This document shows positions 18,376-27,501 of a stretch of 64,000 bases of DNA, one piece after another. The DNA lies in assembly GCA_964446625.1 (NCBI GenBank), contig CAYUPH010000001.1, forward strand, positions 70,283 to 134,282, given 5' to 3'. The stretch is from an uncultured Candidatus Saccharibacteria bacterium (GTDB taxonomy: Bacteria > Patescibacteriota > Minisyncoccia > Phycocordibacterales > CAIRYW01). Position numbers and translations under genes: made by a program. Below the pieces are notes generated by a model that was given only the letters and a program-made list of their open reading frames with translations, had not been told where the DNA came from and did not search any database. Numbering within the stretch: the first letter of the stretch is position 1; the number at the start of each line of letters is the position of its first letter.

Positions 18376-20598
18376 ATGGATGAAAGCTACAATTCACAAA
18401 AAATAGAACAAAAAGTTTTAGAATTATGGAATACTGCCAACTTCTTCAATCAAACTCCTAGTAATTCAAAACCAAATATTGGACTCTTCCTGACTCCTCC
18501 AAACGCCAGTGGAGCCATGCATACGGGAAATGCTTTAATGATTGCTATTCAAGACATAATTGCTCGATATTATCGCTCGCAAGGTAGCCCAACAGTTTGG
18601 ATTCCAGGCACAGACCATGGTGGCTATGAAACAGAAATAACTTTCGAAAAAGAATTTGAAAAACAAGGTTTTAAAAAAGACACTTTTTCAAAAAGAGAAA
18701 TTTTTAACAAGATTCATGATTTTGTTCACAGTAATAACAAACTTATTTATAACCAAATAAAGAGATTGGGTGCAAGCGTAGATTGGACAAAGGTTCGTTT
18801 TACAATGGATGATGATTTTTCTAAAAAAACCCAAGATGTTTTTAAGAAAATGGTTTCTGAAAACCTCATATCAAAGAAAAATGTAATGAATCATTTTTGT
18901 CCTGTCTGTTCCACAACACTTTCTGATATAGAACTAAAAGAGCAAAAAGGCGCAAATCAATATTTTATTAAATTCGATTTGATGGATTCAGAAAACGAAC
19001 AAGTCACTTTACTAGTAAAAAGGCCTGAATTTCTTTTTTCTGTCTCAAAAGTACTCGTTCACCCAAGTGATTCTATACACTCCTATTTAATTGGAAAAAA
19101 ACTTAGGAACCCACTTACAAAAGAGGAGATTCAAGTTATAGAAAGTGAGAGAAAGCATGATCCAGATAACACCTCACCTCTCACGCCTTTTTGTGACTCA
19201 TTCGTGAAGTATGACTACGAATACGCGCTTATGCGAAACATTCCTGTTTTTGGAAAGAATTTAATTGACCTAAAAGGTAAAATGAATTTTAGGCACATTG
19301 GAGATAGTACCCAAATTGCCAGAGAAAAAGATTTAAGTATCTTAAAAGCGGAAGGAAGATTAGTAGATACTATCTTTTCAGAGAACGAAAATATTTTTGT
19401 GTGTAAAAAAGGTCACGAAACGGAAACTTACTTAACCATGACATGGATTTTAGACCTAGATCATCCAAATCGCTCCTTAAAAAAAGAAGCTCTTTTGGCA
19501 TTAGAAGAAAACCCTCTCAATGTGGTGCCTAGCTGGAGAAAGAGAGAGATTATAAAATATATAGATTTAATGCGCGCTTGGCCAATCGCTCGTCAAAATG
19601 TATGGGGGATCTCTATCCCTGTTTGGTACGATATATCTTCTCCCTCAGATTTTGAAGTTTGGTTTGAGGATAAAAACAGAGAAAAACACAATGGTAATCT
19701 TGAAGAGTTACTGCGTAAGTATTCTCTTTCCGAAATCTCAGAAGGTCTGGAGAAAATTTATACTTCTAAAGAGAATAATTGGGTTTTTGAAAAAGAAAAC
19801 GGAAAAGAATACTTACCAGAAACAGATGTTTTTGACACATGGTTTTCTTCAGTTTGGTGGGGAATTTTTGTTTTCGAAAATATTTCTTCGTTTACAAAAG
19901 ATGACTTTTACCCTGCCCAAACTACTGTAACTGGAAGCGATTTAATTAGATTGTCTATTTCCAGAAAAATTGTACTCGGTTACTACCTTACAAGGAAGAT
20001 TCCGTTTAGCAATATTTGCTTTAACCCAATCATCAATGGTCCTGATGGAAACAAAATGAGCAAGAGTTATGGAAATGTCATTCCTCTTGAATCTTACCTA
20101 GATAAATACGGCACTGATATTACCCGTCTTTCCCTTGTATCATATACACGTGAAGGTAAGGATTTTAGTATCGAGCTTGAAACTCTCCAAAACTACAGTA
20201 GGTTCATGGATATTCTATGGAAAATGGGTAAAATAGCTGATATTGCAAAGAAATTTGCGCCAAACTTTAATAAAGCAATTTGTGTAGATAAATATTGCAA
20301 AAAGGTTATGGAAGATACTGCAGCTCTCGAGGAAAATGTGGGGAATAAAATAAAAAGTTTCAATTTAGCATATGCCCAAGAACTGGTGACTGGTTTTGTG
20401 TTGGATTTAGAAGAGTTTGCTAATTCTATTCAGACAAGTTCCACAAAGGAAGAATATCTATCGGTTTTTAAGTATGTGTTTGAAAAATATTTATTCATTC
20501 TTCATCCCTTCGCCCCTTTTGTAACTGAATATATCTATAATTCTATATATACGAAAGAAACACCACTTGCTTTACAAGCGAAAGTGGAAGCTATTTAG
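18376..20598 (+). CDS. valS: Class I aminoacyl-tRNA synthetase, most likely valine--tRNA ligase (short form)
   Basis: PPNASGAMHTGNAL (HIGH-region variant most similar to the ValRS PPNVTGSLHMGHAL) and KMSKS (KMSKSYGNV). Start uncertain (18364 or 18376); the track N-terminus from 18247 is spurious. Confidence 0.65.
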   Translation: MDESYNSQKIEQKVLELWNTANFFNQTPSNSKPNIGLFLTPPNASGAMHTGNALMIAIQDIIARYYRSQGSPTVWIPGTDHGGYETEITFEKEFEKQGFKKDTFSKREIFNKIHDFVHSNNKLIYNQIKRLGASVDWTKVRFTMDDDFSKKTQDVFKKMVSENLISKKNVMNHFCPVCSTTLSDIELKEQKGANQYFIKFDLMDSENEQVTLLVKRPEFLFSVSKVLVHPSDSIHSYLIGKKLRNPLTKEEIQVIESERKHDPDNTSPLTPFCDSFVKYDYEYALMRNIPVFGKNLIDLKGKMNFRHIGDSTQIAREKDLSILKAEGRLVDTIFSENENIFVCKKGHETETYLTMTWILDLDHPNRSLKKEALLALEENPLNVVPSWRKREIIKYIDLMRAWPIARQNVWGISIPVWYDISSPSDFEVWFEDKNREKHNGNLEELLRKYSLSEISEGLEKIYTSKENNWVFEKENGKEYLPETDVFDTWFSSVWWGIFVFENISSFTKDDFYPAQTTVTGSDLIRLSISRKIVLGYYLTRKIPFSNICFNPIINGPDGNKMSKSYGNVIPLESYLDKYGTDITRLSLVSYTREGKDFSIELETLQNYSRFMDILWKMGKIADIAKKFAPNFNKAICVDKYCKKVMEDTAALEENVGNKIKSFNLAYAQELVTGFVLDLEEFANSIQTSSTKEEYLSVFKYVFEKYLFILHPFAPFVTEYIYNSIYTKETPLALQAKVEAI

Positions 20599-21890
20599 TT
20601 TCTTCTATCTTCATATAAAGCAAGAACTGAAAGATACGCATATAACATATGACTAGGAATATAATGCACCTTCTTGTAAGTCGCTGGCCCAAATGAAAGC
20701 CCTTCTACATCAAAATCAAAAATCGGACCTGCTCCATCACTTCTATATTCAGGCATTAAAAAGCTGTACTCCTGCTTTGATTCATGTCTTCTTCTTAAGA
20801 CTTCGGCACAGATTATTAGGGTCTTAAGAAAGTAAATCTCCCCCGCGGGCCGTCTTAGATCATTCATCACCGAATTTCTTGATTCGATTATTCTTCTATA
20901 TATATTAGACCTTTTTAGACCTCTTATATACCCCAGATCAATTTCTATATTACTAATTTCTTTTTCTATATTTTCTTTTTCTTTTTCCAGTTCTTTTCTA
21001 TTTTCTTGGAGAGCTCTATACTCAGACCCTAATTCTGTTGAAATAGCAAAATCAATTGAACTCAAATCAAATTCTCTATAGTACTGAAATGAATCAGTCC
21101 TCCTTAATGCGGCAACAAAAGTAAGGTTTTCACCTAGCATGCCCCCAACAACTTTTGAATCAATATTAATCTCACCCTTATATCCACCAAGAATCTTTCT
21201 AATATTATCTACAACAATTGCTTTTGCCTCTTCAAAGACTTTTCTACTCTCTTCTGCGTTATGGAAAAGCTCGGTATCAATTTTATCAGTTTGAAGTCTT
21301 TTGCTTTTAATTTCTGAAGTACAAAACTTTTCTTTTTCACCTGATGATAATCGACTTTGAAACTCATCTGCCTTTGTAAATAGAGACCCAAGCTTTTCTG
21401 CACTAATTGTATTTACATTTTCATGAGACGGCTTCTCTTTAATTTTTGCCAACTGATTTACCAAAAAGCATGCCGTTGCAAGATAATCTGATGGTTTAAT
21501 ATTTTGATCATCATATTCTGGAGAATCAAGAAATCCACCTTTCATCATCCAATTTTCAAAATATTTTATCGCAATCGAAACAATTGTTTGTTCTTTTTCA
21601 TTTAAATCCTCACCAGTCTCCGATCGTGTAACAAAGTTTCGAAGCAGATTACCCAAAGGGACCAATTCGCCAGGAAAAGCTTCGTCATTTTTTTTAAGAA
21701 AGTTAACAAAGGCGTCTACCCTCTCGACTGTCAATTCTTCAGAAAATAATTCCCCTACTTCCTCTTTAAGTGTATTCACCCCACCAGACAGATCTTCTAC
21801 AAAATGTCTCACAACCTTTAACCTTTCTTCTTTAGGAAGTTCATCTTTTGCAGCAATCAAAAAATCTTTAATATCTCGTTTTTCAAACAT
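20595..21890 (-). CDS. Hypothetical protein (431 aa), no recognisable domain
   Basis: Long ORF, AT-rich, in 4-nt overlap with the valS end. Confidence 0.5.
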   Translation of the reverse strand: MFEKRDIKDFLIAAKDELPKEERLKVVRHFVEDLSGGVNTLKEEVGELFSEELTVERVDAFVNFLKKNDEAFPGELVPLGNLLRNFVTRSETGEDLNEKEQTIVSIAIKYFENWMMKGGFLDSPEYDDQNIKPSDYLATACFLVNQLAKIKEKPSHENVNTISAEKLGSLFTKADEFQSRLSSGEKEKFCTSEIKSKRLQTDKIDTELFHNAEESRKVFEEAKAIVVDNIRKILGGYKGEINIDSKVVGGMLGENLTFVAALRRTDSFQYYREFDLSSIDFAISTELGSEYRALQENRKELEKEKENIEKEISNIEIDLGYIRGLKRSNIYRRIIESRNSVMNDLRRPAGEIYFLKTLIICAEVLRRRHESKQEYSFLMPEYRSDGAGPIFDFDVEGLSFGPATYKKVHYIPSHMLYAYLSVLALYEDRRN

Positions 21891-21921
21891 AAAAGGAATT
21901 ATATCATTCCTCTATACTATT

Positions 21922-22668
21922 TTATATTTTAACGGCTTCCACGAGCATAAAAAGTGGAATCTCTTTTCGAGCTTTGTCTTCAGCACTCTGCCTTGGGCCC
22001 TTCTGACTCTTTCGGTCTGAAATCCACTCTTCAAGTTTTGTCACCGCAAAACCTGCCTTAGACAAACTTTTTACATAACTTTGTAGTGGTCTATGAAAAG
22101 AAATTGTTTGAGCGCTTCCCTTCTTTCCTGGATTCATCACAATATCAAAAGTCCTTTCTGACATATAAGTCGCTACTTTTCGGTATTGCTTTCCTGTTTC
22201 TGCATCGAATCCCCAGTCGCTTTCTTTTGGAATTCTGAAAGCTGGGTGATTAAGGACAAACACAAACCTCCCTTTGTCTTTTAAGACGCGAGCAACCTCA
22301 GAAATAACCTTTTGCATGTCCTTTATATTTTGTAAGGCTAGTACACAGACAGCAACATCAAATTTCCCTGGAGGAAAAGGTAACTTTTCGGCTGATGAAA
22401 CTTTAAATAGTCCATCTTTGTTCCCCATTTTAGCAATTTCTACTAGCTCTGGAGATATATCTACCCCTGTTACACGTGAACCAGCTTTCAAAAAAGCAGC
22501 AGAAAAGAATCCTTGTCCGCATGCAAGGTCTAGTATTTCTTTACCCTTATCTGGTGAAACTACCCTAAGAAGATTAGGTAGAATCACAGTATTTTGATAC
22601 GAATTATCTCCTTCTACTAAGGTATCGTACCAAGTTGCTACCTTTCCCCAAGAAGTTGTTTTTTTCAC
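21922..22668 (-). CDS. Class I SAM-dependent methyltransferase
   Basis: Motif I ILDLACGQGFFS and the DVAVCVLALQN region (Methyltransf_11/25-like). Confidence 0.8.
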   Translation of the reverse strand: MKKTTSWGKVATWYDTLVEGDNSYQNTVILPNLLRVVSPDKGKEILDLACGQGFFSAAFLKAGSRVTGVDISPELVEIAKMGNKDGLFKVSSAEKLPFPPGKFDVAVCVLALQNIKDMQKVISEVARVLKDKGRFVFVLNHPAFRIPKESDWGFDAETGKQYRKVATYMSERTFDIVMNPGKKGSAQTISFHRPLQSYVKSLSKAGFAVTKLEEWISDRKSQKGPRQSAEDKARKEIPLFMLVEAVKI

Positions 22669-22748
22669 GTGAAACTATTGTAATTAGTAAATATATCCCT
22701 AAGGACTGTTACCACCGTAGCAAATGCAGATTTGCTACTGTATCCTGG

Positions 22749-22820
22749 TCGGAGTACTGGGATTCGAACCCAGACTGAACGCTCCCAAAGCGTTTATGCT
22801 AGCCGTTACACCATACTCCG
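22749..22820 (-). tRNA. tRNA-Pro (anticodon TGG); CCA appears genomically encoded (extends to 22746)
   Basis: Acceptor CGGAGTA/TACTCCG, anticodon stem AACGC/GCGTT, loop TTTGGGA, T-arm CTGGG-TTCGAAT-CCCAG, then ACCA. Confidence 0.85.
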
Positions 22821-22896
22821 ATTATTTTATTTTACCACTTCTAACGCACTCGTTTTGAACACAAATAAATATAACACAAAGAATACAAAAACAAAA

Positions 22897-23286
22897 TTAT
22901 TCAAAGATTATATTGGGTATATAAGTCACTTTTGCTTTTTTTGTGTTTTCATCTACAAGCACTGAACATACATCGATCTGCCAATCCTCCTTAACCTTGT
23001 ACTCGATCAGGAACATTTGAATAACTCTAGAAAGCTTAAGAAACTTTTCACGAGAAACATTCTCCTCTGGTCTAAACCAATCGCTTTCACGTGAAACCCT
23101 CACTAAGTTGTTACACGCAAATGTTTTTACCTCTACAAAATGCCATTTTCTTCCTTTCCGAGCAACTATATCTATTTCACCCGATTTTCTTAGAAAGTTT
23201 CTCGTGAAAACATTATACCCATGTTTCTTAAGAAACATAGTAGCAATATCTTCTCCTAATATTCCTATTTCGTTATGTTTTGCCAT
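22897..23286 (-). CDS. YraN/UPF0102 family endonuclease-like protein
   Basis: GEIDIVA...HFVEVK motifs. Start chosen at MAKHNEIG (23286). Confidence 0.7.
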   Translation of the reverse strand: MAKHNEIGILGEDIATMFLKKHGYNVFTRNFLRKSGEIDIVARKGRKWHFVEVKTFACNNLVRVSRESDWFRPEENVSREKFLKLSRVIQMFLIEYKVKEDWQIDVCSVLVDENTKKAKVTYIPNIIFE

Positions 23287-23621
23287 TTTAAATAGTAAAT
23301 AGTGTTTCTTGTGAAAACTTTTATGGCTAAAGTATAGCACAAACACTTAAGTGTTTCTTATGAAACATATTATTTAACTCTTTTTTACTTAAAATACTCT
23401 GTCTTTTAAAAAAAGACTTGTATTATATAGGTTTTATAGAAAATAGTGCTTTTAGACTTTACAAAAAGACAAAAGGACAGTAGGGGAGTTGTACACTTAT
23501 CCCCTTAGTTATCCACAGTTTTATAGAAAATCTATATTTTATGAGTGGAAAAGTTGGGATATTTGTCTTATATATTAGGGACAAATTAAGAAAAAATGCA
23601 TTAAAAGACATTACTTAATAA

Positions 23622-23648
23622 AAAACAGGGCTCTGACCCTGTTTTTTC
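23622..23648. terminator. Bidirectional intrinsic terminator (GGGTCAGAGCCC core) ending element B
   Basis: AAAACAGGGCTCTGACCCTGTTTTTT. Confidence 0.75.
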
Positions 23649-23795
23649 TTGTGCAGGTAAGGAGAATCGGCCACGGTTTATGGCTAAATTACTCGCGAAA
23701 CTCTAATTGTAGCTCATAACCCCGGCCCGGACTCAGCGACAAGCACTCGCCCTCCTCGTCTTGTGTACCGCCTCCGTCTTTCGATTCTTCTTACC
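23641..23795 (-). ncRNA. Candidate structured ncRNA (element B) downstream of tRNA-Gly(GCC); homolog of element A
   Basis: A 20-nt exact direct copy of the tRNA 3' end plus flank (TTGTGCAGGTAAGGAGAATCG) is at 23641-23660. An inverted copy (CGATTCTTCTTACCT) is at 23776-23795. It shares the box GAATCGAAAGACGGAGGCG with element A. The termini pair over 15 bp with 1 mismatch. Confidence 0.45.
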
Positions 23796-23844
23796 TAAAT
23801 TCAAAATATAGGCGCAAATTATACATAATTTGCTTTTTATTTTG

Positions 23845-23915
23845 TGCAGGTAAGGAGAATCGAACTCCTGTCTCATCCTTGGCAAGGACGTGTCCTACCA
23901 CTAAACGATACCTGC
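23845..23915 (-). tRNA. tRNA-Gly (anticodon GCC), no encoded CCA
   Basis: Acceptor GCAGGTA/TACCTGC, anticodon stem CGTCC/GGATG, loop TTGCCAA, T-arm AGGAG-TTCGATT-CTCCT. Confidence 0.88.
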
Positions 23916-23960
23916 TTGATTAACAATTAGTATTCTAGACTATTTGAGGGAAGATGACAA

Positions 23961-23992
23961 ACAAAAAACCTGCGGAAGTGCAGGTTTTTTGA
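23961..23992. terminator. Bidirectional intrinsic terminator downstream of tRNA-Arg
   Basis: AAAAAA-CCTGC-ggaagt-GCAGG-TTTTTT. Confidence 0.7.
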
Positions 23993-24137
23993 GCGAATAT
24001 GTGGTCCCAAATAATTTCCTCACCCATGTTCGGAAATTTTTGTGACCTCGGCTCGCTTGTTTATACTGAAGTAAAAACATAGCTCCGCCTTGCACAAGTC
24101 TCGTAAAATCCAAAGCAGTTTGGATTTTACTCGCTAG

Positions 24138-24209
24138 TGCACCCGTCAGGACTCGAACCTGAAATAACGGTTCCGAAGACCGGTGTGATATCCATTTCAC
24201 TACGGGTGC
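24138..24209 (-). tRNA. tRNA-Arg (anticodon TCG), no encoded CCA
   Basis: Acceptor GCACCCG/CGGGTGC, D-stem GTGA/TCAC, anticodon loop CTTCGGA, T-arm TCAGG-TTCGAGT-CCTGA. One C/T mismatch at the top of the anticodon stem. Confidence 0.8.
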
Positions 24210-24269
24210 AGTTTCTAAACTATACTAGAAAATTATGGGAAAATCAAAATCTATACTAGAATTTAGGTA

Positions 24270-25745
24270 ATGAAGAATTTTTTTAATATCCCAAAGGAAG
24301 TATTGGCTGTGGCCGAAAAACTCGAAAATGAGTCATTTGAAGCATACCTTATCGGAGGTTGTGTGCGAGACATGTTCCTTCAAAAGTCGCCAAAAGATTG
24401 GGATATTACAACAAATGCAACTCCAGAGGAGATTCAAAAGATTTTTCCGGACTCATTTTATGAAAACAGCTTTGGTACTGTTGGGGTAAAGGTAGATACG
24501 ACAGATGAGACCCTTCAAGTAATCGAGGTAACACCGTATAGAATAGAAGGGAAGTATACAAACAATAGACACCCAGACGAAGTCAGATTCAGTAAAAACC
24601 TGAGCGACGACCTAAAGAGAAGGGACTTTACAGTGAACGCACTAGCGCTTCGCGTACGCGGAGAGGAAATAGAAGTCGTAGATGAATTTGGAGGAAAAAG
24701 TGACTTACAGAAGGGTATTTTACGCACAGTAGGGCTTCCAAGCGCGCGATTCGAAGAAGATGGTCTTCGTATTTTGCGTGCTGTGCGCCTCTCAGCGCAA
24801 CTCCAGTTTGAAATAGACCCGGAGACAGAAATGGGAATTGTTGAGTGCGGACACTTGCTTCAGAACATTTCTGCAGAGCGAATACGAGATGAATTTGTAA
24901 AAATAATCATGTCAAAAGATCCGGAGAAGGGCATAAAAAGCCTTAGAAAGTTCGGTATTTTGAAATTTATCCTTCCTGAACTCGAAGAGGGAATTGGAGC
25001 TACACAAAACAAAGCGCATATGTACGATGTGTTCGAGCACCTTGTAAAAACTCTTGCATTTTCTGCCTCAAAAGAATTTCCTCTTGAAACTAGGCTCGCA
25101 GCGCTTCTTCACGACATAGGAAAGCCTGCGACACGCAGATTTTCGCCAGAGAAGAAAGAATATACTTTTTACGGTCATGAGGTAGTAGGGGCGAGAATGG
25201 CAAAAAAAATCCTCACGAGACTCAAATTTCCTCTTGGAGTAGTAGAAAGAGTAACCTCTCTTGTCCGCTGGCATATGTTTTTCTCTGATACAGAGACAAT
25301 TACTCTCTCTGCTGTCAGGAGGATGATTCAAAATGTAGGAAAGGACCAGATTTGGACCCTTATGGATGTGCGAGCATGTGACCGTATTGGAACAGGAAGG
25401 CCAAAAGAAGCTCCTTTTAGACTCAGAAAATACCATGCAATGATAGAAGAGGCGCTTCGAGATCCTGTGTCTGTTTCTCAACTCAAAGTGGACGGCAAAG
25501 ACTTAATGACAGTTCTTGGAACACCACCTGGAAAGCATATTGGGTATATACTACACGCTCTGCTAGAAGAAGTTCTGGACGATCCAAAGAAAAACACTAA
25601 AGAATACTTAGAAAATAGAGCTAAGGAACTATGTAAACTTCCTGAAAACGAACTAAAATTCCTCGGCGAGAAGGGGAAAGAGAAAAAAGAGGAAGAGGAT
25701 GAAAAACTTGTTGCTTCTATACGAAAAAGACACTTTGTAGAGTAA
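24270..25745 (+). CDS. cca: CCA-adding tRNA nucleotidyltransferase with HD domain
   Basis: Pol-beta motif GGCVRD, HD motif LLHDIGKPATR and a K/E-rich C-terminal extension. Confidence 0.88.
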   Translation: MKNFFNIPKEVLAVAEKLENESFEAYLIGGCVRDMFLQKSPKDWDITTNATPEEIQKIFPDSFYENSFGTVGVKVDTTDETLQVIEVTPYRIEGKYTNNRHPDEVRFSKNLSDDLKRRDFTVNALALRVRGEEIEVVDEFGGKSDLQKGILRTVGLPSARFEEDGLRILRAVRLSAQLQFEIDPETEMGIVECGHLLQNISAERIRDEFVKIIMSKDPEKGIKSLRKFGILKFILPELEEGIGATQNKAHMYDVFEHLVKTLAFSASKEFPLETRLAALLHDIGKPATRRFSPEKKEYTFYGHEVVGARMAKKILTRLKFPLGVVERVTSLVRWHMFFSDTETITLSAVRRMIQNVGKDQIWTLMDVRACDRIGTGRPKEAPFRLRKYHAMIEEALRDPVSVSQLKVDGKDLMTVLGTPPGKHIGYILHALLEEVLDDPKKNTKEYLENRAKELCKLPENELKFLGEKGKEKKEEEDEKLVASIRKRHFVE

Positions 25746-26182
25746 AAAATACTAAGGAGGGTAGGAAACACTATTTAAAAACTACCAGGCACACGAAAGG
25801 CCGCATCGCGCGGCAGGATTTTGGACTAATAAAAAATCCTGATGTTCTATGCTGTCTTCCCCGTGAAGATTGCATTTGGCTCGCGCTTTTGCGGCCTATT
25901 ACTTTGTCCTTATCATACAGTAAGGACCTTAAGAGTGGGTCTTTTGTTAAAGATCACTTTTGTACCGGAATGGTTATTCAATGTTCAAAAATTATAGTGC
26001 TTCGAAGCGAAGCTGTGAAAGTTTGTGAACTTGAAATACATCCGAAGACAAAAAAGTCTTCACAAATTTATCCCAAAAGAACTTTTGCTCCCACAAAGAG
26101 ACGAGTGGGACTGATAATATTTTACCGCGTATAAAAGACATGTAAAGGACAAACTGTGGATAACTAAATGTCCTTTATAAAT

Positions 26183-26950
26183 TTAAATCTGTATGTCGAG
26201 TACAATAGGACAATGGTCTGAGCCGAGTACCTTGTCTAAAATTTCTACATGTTCAATTTTGTTTTTAAGTTCGGGAGACACAAAAAAATAATCAATTCTC
26301 CAACCAACATTTCTCTCTCTAGCAAAAGTTTTCATATCCCAATATGAGTATTTCACAGTTTCAGGGTGGAGGTAGCGAAAGGTGTCTATGAAACCTTTTT
26401 TAGAAACTAAGTCGAGCCAATCCCGCTCTATACGAAGGAATCCTGTATTTTTCTCATTTTCCTTTGGACGAGCAAGATCAATCTCGTTGTGTGCAGTGTT
26501 GATGTCCCCACAGAAAATCACGTTTTTATACTTCTTGCGGAGTGTTTCACATTTTGCAAGAAACGCTTTGTAAAAGGCGAGTTTAAACTCTATGCGGTGC
26601 GGCCCACCTCCTCCGTTCGGAAAATAGCAGTTCAAAAGGACAAATTCTTTAAAGTAGAGAATTATAAGGCGGCCTTCTTGGTCGAGCTCTGGTTTACCAA
26701 GCCCAAACTCTACCTTTTCTGGAAGAACTTTTGTCCACACACCAACTCCACTCCAACCTTTTTTTAGTTTAGAACTTTCGAAGTACGAATAGAAGCCTTT
26801 TGGAGCAGTAAGCTCCTCGGGGATTTGAGTGATTTCTGCTTTGGTCTCCTGCACACAAAAAATGTCGGGAGAGTTTTTAAAAAACCATTCTGATGCACCT
26901 TTCTTGTGCCACGCACGAATACCGTTAATGTTCCATGAAACAATTTTCAT
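26183..26950 (-). CDS. xth: Exodeoxyribonuclease III / AP endonuclease
   Basis: MKIVSWNINGIRA, CVQETK and the GSDHCPIVLD C-terminal motif. Confidence 0.93.
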   Translation of the reverse strand: MKIVSWNINGIRAWHKKGASEWFFKNSPDIFCVQETKAEITQIPEELTAPKGFYSYFESSKLKKGWSGVGVWTKVLPEKVEFGLGKPELDQEGRLIILYFKEFVLLNCYFPNGGGGPHRIEFKLAFYKAFLAKCETLRKKYKNVIFCGDINTAHNEIDLARPKENEKNTGFLRIERDWLDLVSKKGFIDTFRYLHPETVKYSYWDMKTFARERNVGWRIDYFFVSPELKNKIEHVEILDKVLGSDHCPIVLDIQI

Positions 26951-27087
26951 TTGTACACATCATAGCACACTTGTGCATTTAAAAATTAGTTGTAGAATCC
27001 TATTTTGGATGAGCTCTAGTAAATTTCTTGGTTTGGTTTTATTCCCGATAGGGAAAACCGAGAATTTACTCCACCCCGCTTGTCCTT

Positions 27088-27447
27088 TTGAACATGAACA
27101 CGATGTTATTCAGGCTCCTCGCAGGAGCATTGGTCCAAGCACCTGGTTCTCAGCCACAAGTTACTCAGCAAATCGTTGAGGACTCTCAACTCTTCTCGGC
27201 AGCTTCAAATCCTCGTCTTGAAAACGATTTTGAAGCATGGCTCGAAACTGGAGATCACCCGGCCAAAAACATCTTTTTGAGTCTCACAACCGAGGTGTTC
27301 ACACCCACAGTCACTACACACGGTGCCAAAGTCAGGGTCACCATCACCCTTCAGAAAAAAAGCAAGCAGGTAACTGAGCAACGGTTCAGTGGTCAAGCCG
27401 GCGACAATTGGAAGGAAAAGCGCCCGGTCCTAGCGACCAAAGCATAA
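27088..27447 (+). CDS. Hypothetical protein in a moderately GC-enriched (about 50%) patch
   Basis: 119-aa ORF followed by a GC-rich terminator, adjacent to the recombinase gene. Confidence 0.35.
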   Translation: MNMNTMLFRLLAGALVQAPGSQPQVTQQIVEDSQLFSAASNPRLENDFEAWLETGDHPAKNIFLSLTTEVFTPTVTTHGAKVRVTITLQKKSKQVTEQRFSGQAGDNWKEKRPVLATKA

Positions 27448-27451
27448 CTAC

Positions 27452-27490
27452 GGTCGCGCAACCTCTTTGAGGAAGCGCGACTTTTTTAAT
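27452..27490 (+). terminator. Rho-independent terminator
   Basis: GTCGCGC-aacctctttgaggaa-GCGCGAC followed by TTTTTT. Confidence 0.6.
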
Positions 27491-27501
27491 TTCAAAAAAA
27501 A

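Noticed and set aside
22680-22745. Hairpin GTAGCAAAT-gcag-ATTTGCTAC downstream of tRNA-Pro as a possible third copy of the tRNA-linked element
   Set aside because: It is a simple hairpin with no tRNA-end mimic or shared GAATCGAAAGACGG box; it is not homologous to elements A and B.
23940-24200. 86-aa minus-strand ORF (MKWISHRSS...)
   Set aside because: Overlaps tRNA-Arg and two terminator hairpins; an artefact of an open frame across RNA features.
25746-26182. About 430-nt non-coding stretch (with 81-aa ORF 25889-26134) considered as a possible RNase P RNA, SRP RNA or 6S RNA locus
   Set aside because: I could not find any of the conserved RNase P (GGAAAGTCCGG..., ACAGAA.CCGGCTTA) or SRP domain IV (GGAAG.AGCAGC-type) motifs by eye. 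Left unannotated; a covariance-model search would be decisive.
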